The notes under the pieces are model-generated. The model worked only from the letters and a program-made list of their open reading frames with translations, did not search any database and was not told the origin of the DNA. 43,222 bases of DNA, from the NCBI GenBank assembly GCA_021846485.1, contig JAJZWW010000001.1, forward strand, positions 1-43,222, given 5' to 3'. The DNA comes from Actinomycetes bacterium. Lineage in GTDB: Bacteria > Actinomycetota > Acidimicrobiia > Acidimicrobiales > Palsa-688. How positions within the stretch are numbered: the first letter of the stretch is position 1; every line of letters starts with the position of its first letter. Positions 39,779 to 43,222 of the stretch are shown here, in pieces. The position numbers and the translations under genes are program-made.

Positions 39779-41083
39779 ATGTCCCCGCTTTTGACCCGCA
39801 TCGACCTGCGCGGCGAGACCGGACCGCTGGCCGGCCTCCTGCCGGCCCCCACCGCCGGAGGCTCGGGTCCGGTGGACGCCGTGGCGGCGATCCTCGCCGA
39901 CGTGGCCGCCCGGGGCGACGAGGCGCTGCGCGAGCTCACCGCCCGCTTCGACGGCGTCGAGCTGGGCGAGCTGCGGGTCCCGCCGGCCGAGGTGGCCGCC
40001 GCCGCCGACGCGGTGGAGCCCCGGCTGCGGAGGGCGCTCGAGGCGGCCGCGGCCAACATCGAGGCCTACCACCGCACCCAGCTCCACGACTCCCCGGGGC
40101 GCCGGGTCGGCGGCTCCTCGGTCCGCGAGCTGCGCCGCCCGGTGGAGCGGGCCGGCCTCTACGTCCCCGGAGGTCGGGCGCCGCTCGCCTCGAGCGTGCT
40201 GATGACCGCGGTGCCCGCCAGGGTGGCGGGAGTCGCCGGCCTCGCGGTGGTGACTCCTCCGGGCCCGGACGGTCGGGTCCACCCGGCGATCCTGGCCGCC
40301 GCGGCCGTCGCCGGCGTCGACGAGGTGTACCGGGTCGGCGGCGCCCAGGCTGTTGCCGCCCTGGCGTACGGCACCGAGAGCATCCCGGCGGTCGACGTGA
40401 TCGTCGGCCCGGGCAACGTGTACGTGGCCACCGCCGAACGCCTCGTCGCCCAGGAGGGCGCGGTGGGGGTGCCCTCGGCGTTCACCGGTCCCTCGGAGGT
40501 CGCAGTGGTCGCCGACGGCAGCATCCCGCCCGAGTGGGCGGCGATCGACCTCGTGGTCCAGGCGGAGCACGGACCCGACGGGCTCGCCTACCTGGTCACC
40601 TGGTCCGAGGAGGTCGCCGCCGCGGTCAGCGCAGCGGTCGAGGAGATCACCGCCAGCTCCCCGCGCCGCGAGGAGGTCACCTCCACCCTCGAGCGTGGCG
40701 GGTACGCGGTGATCGTCGACGGCCCGCAGCAGGCGGTGGAGGTGGCCAACGTCATCGCCGCCGAGCACCTCGAGCTGCAGGTGGCCGACCCGGAGGCCCT
40801 CGTCGCCGGGGTGCGCTGTGCTGGGGCGATCTTCACCGGCCGGTGGGCGCCGGCCAGCGTCGGGGACTACGCCGCCGGCCCGAGCCACGTGCTGCCCACC
40901 GCCCGCTCGGCCCGCTTCGGCTCCGCTCTCCGCGTCGACGACTTCTGCCGCTACATCCACGTGGTCGACCTCGACCGCCCGGCGCTGGCCGAGCTCGCCC
41001 CCCACGTCGTCGCCCTCGCCGAGGTGGAGGGCCTGGCGGCCCACGCCGACTCGGTGCGCATGCGGATGGAGGCGCCGGCGTGA
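39779..41083 (+). CDS. hisD: histidinol dehydrogenase
   Basis: The start is ATG at 39779 (MSPLLTRIDLRG...). HisD motifs are GRAPLASSVLM, QAEHGPDG and GDYAAGPSHVLPT. The his operon lies downstream. Confidence 0.96.
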   Translation: MSPLLTRIDLRGETGPLAGLLPAPTAGGSGPVDAVAAILADVAARGDEALRELTARFDGVELGELRVPPAEVAAAADAVEPRLRRALEAAAANIEAYHRTQLHDSPGRRVGGSSVRELRRPVERAGLYVPGGRAPLASSVLMTAVPARVAGVAGLAVVTPPGPDGRVHPAILAAAAVAGVDEVYRVGGAQAVAALAYGTESIPAVDVIVGPGNVYVATAERLVAQEGAVGVPSAFTGPSEVAVVADGSIPPEWAAIDLVVQAEHGPDGLAYLVTWSEEVAAAVSAAVEEITASSPRREEVTSTLERGGYAVIVDGPQQAVEVANVIAAEHLELQVADPEALVAGVRCAGAIFTGRWAPASVGDYAAGPSHVLPTARSARFGSALRVDDFCRYIHVVDLDRPALAELAPHVVALAEVEGLAAHADSVRMRMEAPA

Positions 41084-42144
41084 GCGGGCTCCCCGAGCCG
41101 CGCTCCTCGCTCGGGCTGCGGGAGGGCTACCACTCGCTCCAGGTCGACGCCGAGGTGCGGCTCAACACCAACGAGTCCCCCTGGCCCCCGCCCGAGGCGT
41201 GGCGGGCCGAGCTGGCCGCGGCGACCGCCGGCGTGGCCTGGGCTCGCTACCCGGACCGTTCCGCGGCCGCCCTGCGCTCGGCCATCGCTGCCGCCCACGG
41301 CGTGCGCCCCGACCAGGTGTTCGCGGCCAACGGGTCCAACGAGGTGCTCCAGGCGATCTGCCTGGCCTACGGCGGTCCGGAGCGGACGGCGCTCACCTTC
41401 GAGCCGACCTACGCCCTCCACGGCCACATCGCCCACCTGAGCGGAACCAGGGTGCGCGTCGTGGAGCGCGACGCCGAGCTGCGCCTCGCGCCCGGCGCCG
41501 TCGCCGCGGCCGTCGGGTGCCTCGATCCGGCGATCACCTTCCTCTGCTCGCCCAACAACCCGACCGGGATGCTCGACGACCCCGGAGTGCTCGACGCCGC
41601 GCTGTCGGCCGGATCCGGCCTGGTCGTGCTCGACGAGGCCTACGGCCAGTTCGCCGAGCGCTCGGCCCTGCCCCTGGTGCGCGACGATTGTCCCCTCGTC
41701 GTGGTGCGCACCTTCTCCAAGACCTGGTCGCTGGCGGCGCTCCGCCTCGGTTACGCCGTCGCCCCGGCCCCGGTCGTCGCCACGCTCGAGCGCGTCGCCC
41801 TTCCGTACCACCTCGACGCGTTCAAGCAGATCGCCGGGCGGCTGGCGCTCGGTTACGAGGCGGACATGCGCGAGCGGGTCGCCGCCTTGGTCTCCGAGCG
41901 GGACCGCCTGGTGGCCGGGTTGGGAGCCCTGCCGGTGAAGGTGTGGCCTTCGCAGGCCAACTTCGTGTTGCTGCGACCAGACGGCCGTGGCGGCCGCGAG
42001 GTCTGGAAGGGCCTGCTGGAGCGTTCGGTGCTGGTCCGGGACACGTCGTCGTGGCCCGGGCTGGCGGGCTGCCTGCGGGTGACCGTGGGGACCCCGGGAG
42101 AAGACGATCGCTTCCTCGCCGCCCTGGCGGAGGTCCTGGCGTGA
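41080..42144 (+). CDS. hisC: histidinol-phosphate aminotransferase
   Basis: The GTG at 41080 overlaps the hisD stop (GTGA). Motifs are LNTNESP, ANGSNE, VLDEAY and the PLP lysine context RTFSKTWSLAALRLGY. Confidence 0.95.
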   Translation: MSGLPEPRSSLGLREGYHSLQVDAEVRLNTNESPWPPPEAWRAELAAATAGVAWARYPDRSAAALRSAIAAAHGVRPDQVFAANGSNEVLQAICLAYGGPERTALTFEPTYALHGHIAHLSGTRVRVVERDAELRLAPGAVAAAVGCLDPAITFLCSPNNPTGMLDDPGVLDAALSAGSGLVVLDEAYGQFAERSALPLVRDDCPLVVVRTFSKTWSLAALRLGYAVAPAPVVATLERVALPYHLDAFKQIAGRLALGYEADMRERVAALVSERDRLVAGLGALPVKVWPSQANFVLLRPDGRGGREVWKGLLERSVLVRDTSSWPGLAGCLRVTVGTPGEDDRFLAALAEVLA

Positions 42145-42752
42145 CCCCTTCGCAGCGCCGGCGGGCGCGCCGGGAGCGGGCCACCAAGGAGACCTCCGTC
42201 GAGGTCGAGCTCGACCTGGACGGCGCCGGCCGGGTCGAGGTGTCCACCGGGATACCCTTCTTCGACCACATGATCGCCCAGCTCGGCCGCCACGGAGGCT
42301 GGGACCTGCGGGTAGTGGCGTCCGGCGACCTGGTGGTGGACACCCACCACACCGTCGAGGACGTGGGGATCGCCCTCGGGGAGGCGCTGCGAGAAGCCCT
42401 CGGCGACAAGGCCGGGGTGCGCCGCTTCGCCTCGGTGGCGCTGCCCCTCGACGAGGCCCTGGTCGAGGTGGCGCTCGACCTGTCGGGCAGGCCATTCCTC
42501 GTCTACGAGGTCGACCCTGCTCCCGGCGGGGAGGCGTTCCTGCTCGGGGAGCCCGGCTTCGACCCCCAGCTGGCGGAGGAGTTCTGGAGGGCCTTCAGCG
42601 TGGCTGCTACCCTCACTCTTCACTTGAGGTCGAGATCAGGTCGCAACACCCACCACATCCTGGAGGCGAGCTTCAAGGGGGTCGCCCGGGCGCTTCGCGA
42701 CGCTGTCCGGGTCGAGGGGGAGGGCGTGCCGTCCACCAAGGGAGTCCTGTGA
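42141..42752 (+). CDS. hisB: imidazoleglycerol-phosphate dehydratase
   Basis: The GTG at 42141 overlaps the hisC stop. Motifs are RATKETSVEVELDLDG, IPFFDHM, DTHHTVEDVGIALG and NTHHILEASFKG. Confidence 0.96.
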   Translation: MTPSQRRRARRERATKETSVEVELDLDGAGRVEVSTGIPFFDHMIAQLGRHGGWDLRVVASGDLVVDTHHTVEDVGIALGEALREALGDKAGVRRFASVALPLDEALVEVALDLSGRPFLVYEVDPAPGGEAFLLGEPGFDPQLAEEFWRAFSVAATLTLHLRSRSGRNTHHILEASFKGVARALRDAVRVEGEGVPSTKGVL

Positions 42753-43222
42753 CCGCCGCCTTACCCCGGATCGCGGTGGTCGACTCGGGGATCGGCAACC
42801 TCCGCTCCGCCGAGAAGGCCCTCAGGCGGGTGGGGGCCGACGCCCGGCTGGTCGACGACCCCGACGCGGTGGCTGCCGCCCAGGGGGTGGTGCTGCCCGG
42901 AGTCGGCGCCTTCGGGCCCTGCCGGGAGGCGCTCGCGGCCGGCGGGCTCGACGCCGCGGTGCTCGACGCAGTCCGCCGGCGGGTGCCGATGCTCGGCATC
43001 TGCGTGGGCCTCCAGCTGCTCTACGAGGGCTCGGAGGAGAGCCCCGGCGCCGACGGCCTCGGGGTGCTCCCGGGCGTGGTCCGCCGCCTCTCGGCCGGCG
43101 TGAAGCATCCCCAGATGCAGTGGAACCGCCTACGGGTCATCGACGGCACGTGCCCCCTGCTGGCCGGCCGGGGGCTGGCCCCGCCGGCGGAGCCGTGGGT
43201 CTATTTCGTCCATTCCTACGCC
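42749..43222 (+). CDS. hisH: imidazole glycerol phosphate synthase, glutaminase subunit HisH (3-prime end outside the window)
   Basis: It is absent from the ORF track because it has no stop. The GTG at 42749 overlaps the hisB stop. Translation gives IAVVDSGIGNLRSAEKAL ... VLPGVGAFG ... PMLGICVGLQLL (nucleophile Cys) ... YFVHSYA and stays in frame to the end of the window. Confidence 0.92.
   Translation, partial: MTAALPRIAVVDSGIGNLRSAEKALRRVGADARLVDDPDAVAAAQGVVLPGVGAFGPCREALAAGGLDAAVLDAVRRRVPMLGICVGLQLLYEGSEESPGADGLGVLPGVVRRLSAGVKHPQMQWNRLRVIDGTCPLLAGRGLAPPAEPWVYFVHSYA

Overview
This is a very high-G+C (by eye above 70%; not computed), gene-dense chromosomal segment of actinobacterial type. 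Markers supporting that placement are mshD (mycothiol synthase), DUF3499, a DUF732 lipoprotein and GlbO. I recognise about 40 protein genes and no rRNA, tRNA, CRISPR array, transposase or integrase. From left to right the window holds: (1) a cell-envelope glycan locus: a GT2 glycosyltransferase fused to a large polytopic membrane domain, a DUF5719-like four-repeat protein, ftsH on the opposite strand, DUF3499, a small Cys4 protein, a 913-aa GT-C-like membrane protein, phosphomannomutase, a Trm112-like protein and a SIS-type PGI/PMI isomerase; (2) a 322-nt structured non-coding gap; (3) an orphan LuxR-type response regulator overlapping secA, then prfB, ftsE and ftsX; (4) glbO, a DUF732 lipoprotein, a degenerate Ser/Thr kinase plus zinc-ribbon FHA operon, and a divergent lytic transglycosylase that seems to have lost a C-terminal domain; (5) a PIG-L deacetylase, an acyl-CoA dehydrogenase, a CcdA-Sco-TlpA triple fusion, a nitrilase-superfamily hydrolase and an alpha/beta hydrolase; (6) menaquinone genes menH, menD, menF and menG; (7) a MaoC dehydratase, the mshD-rlmN-small membrane protein unit and nth; (8) hisD, hisC, hisB and hisH (truncated at the right edge). 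Most of the window is ordinary housekeeping sequence. The parts I consider worth a second look are the 13.8-14.1 kb candidate ncRNA, the pseudokinase/FHA/transglycosylase neighbourhood, the Cys-less Sco domain inside the thiol-redox fusion, the paired giant envelope proteins, a perfect-phase 16-nt tandem repeat upstream of the Cys4 mini-gene, and several probable gene relics. All family calls rest on motif recognition by eye, with no database search, and start codons are often ambiguous in this GC-rich DNA.
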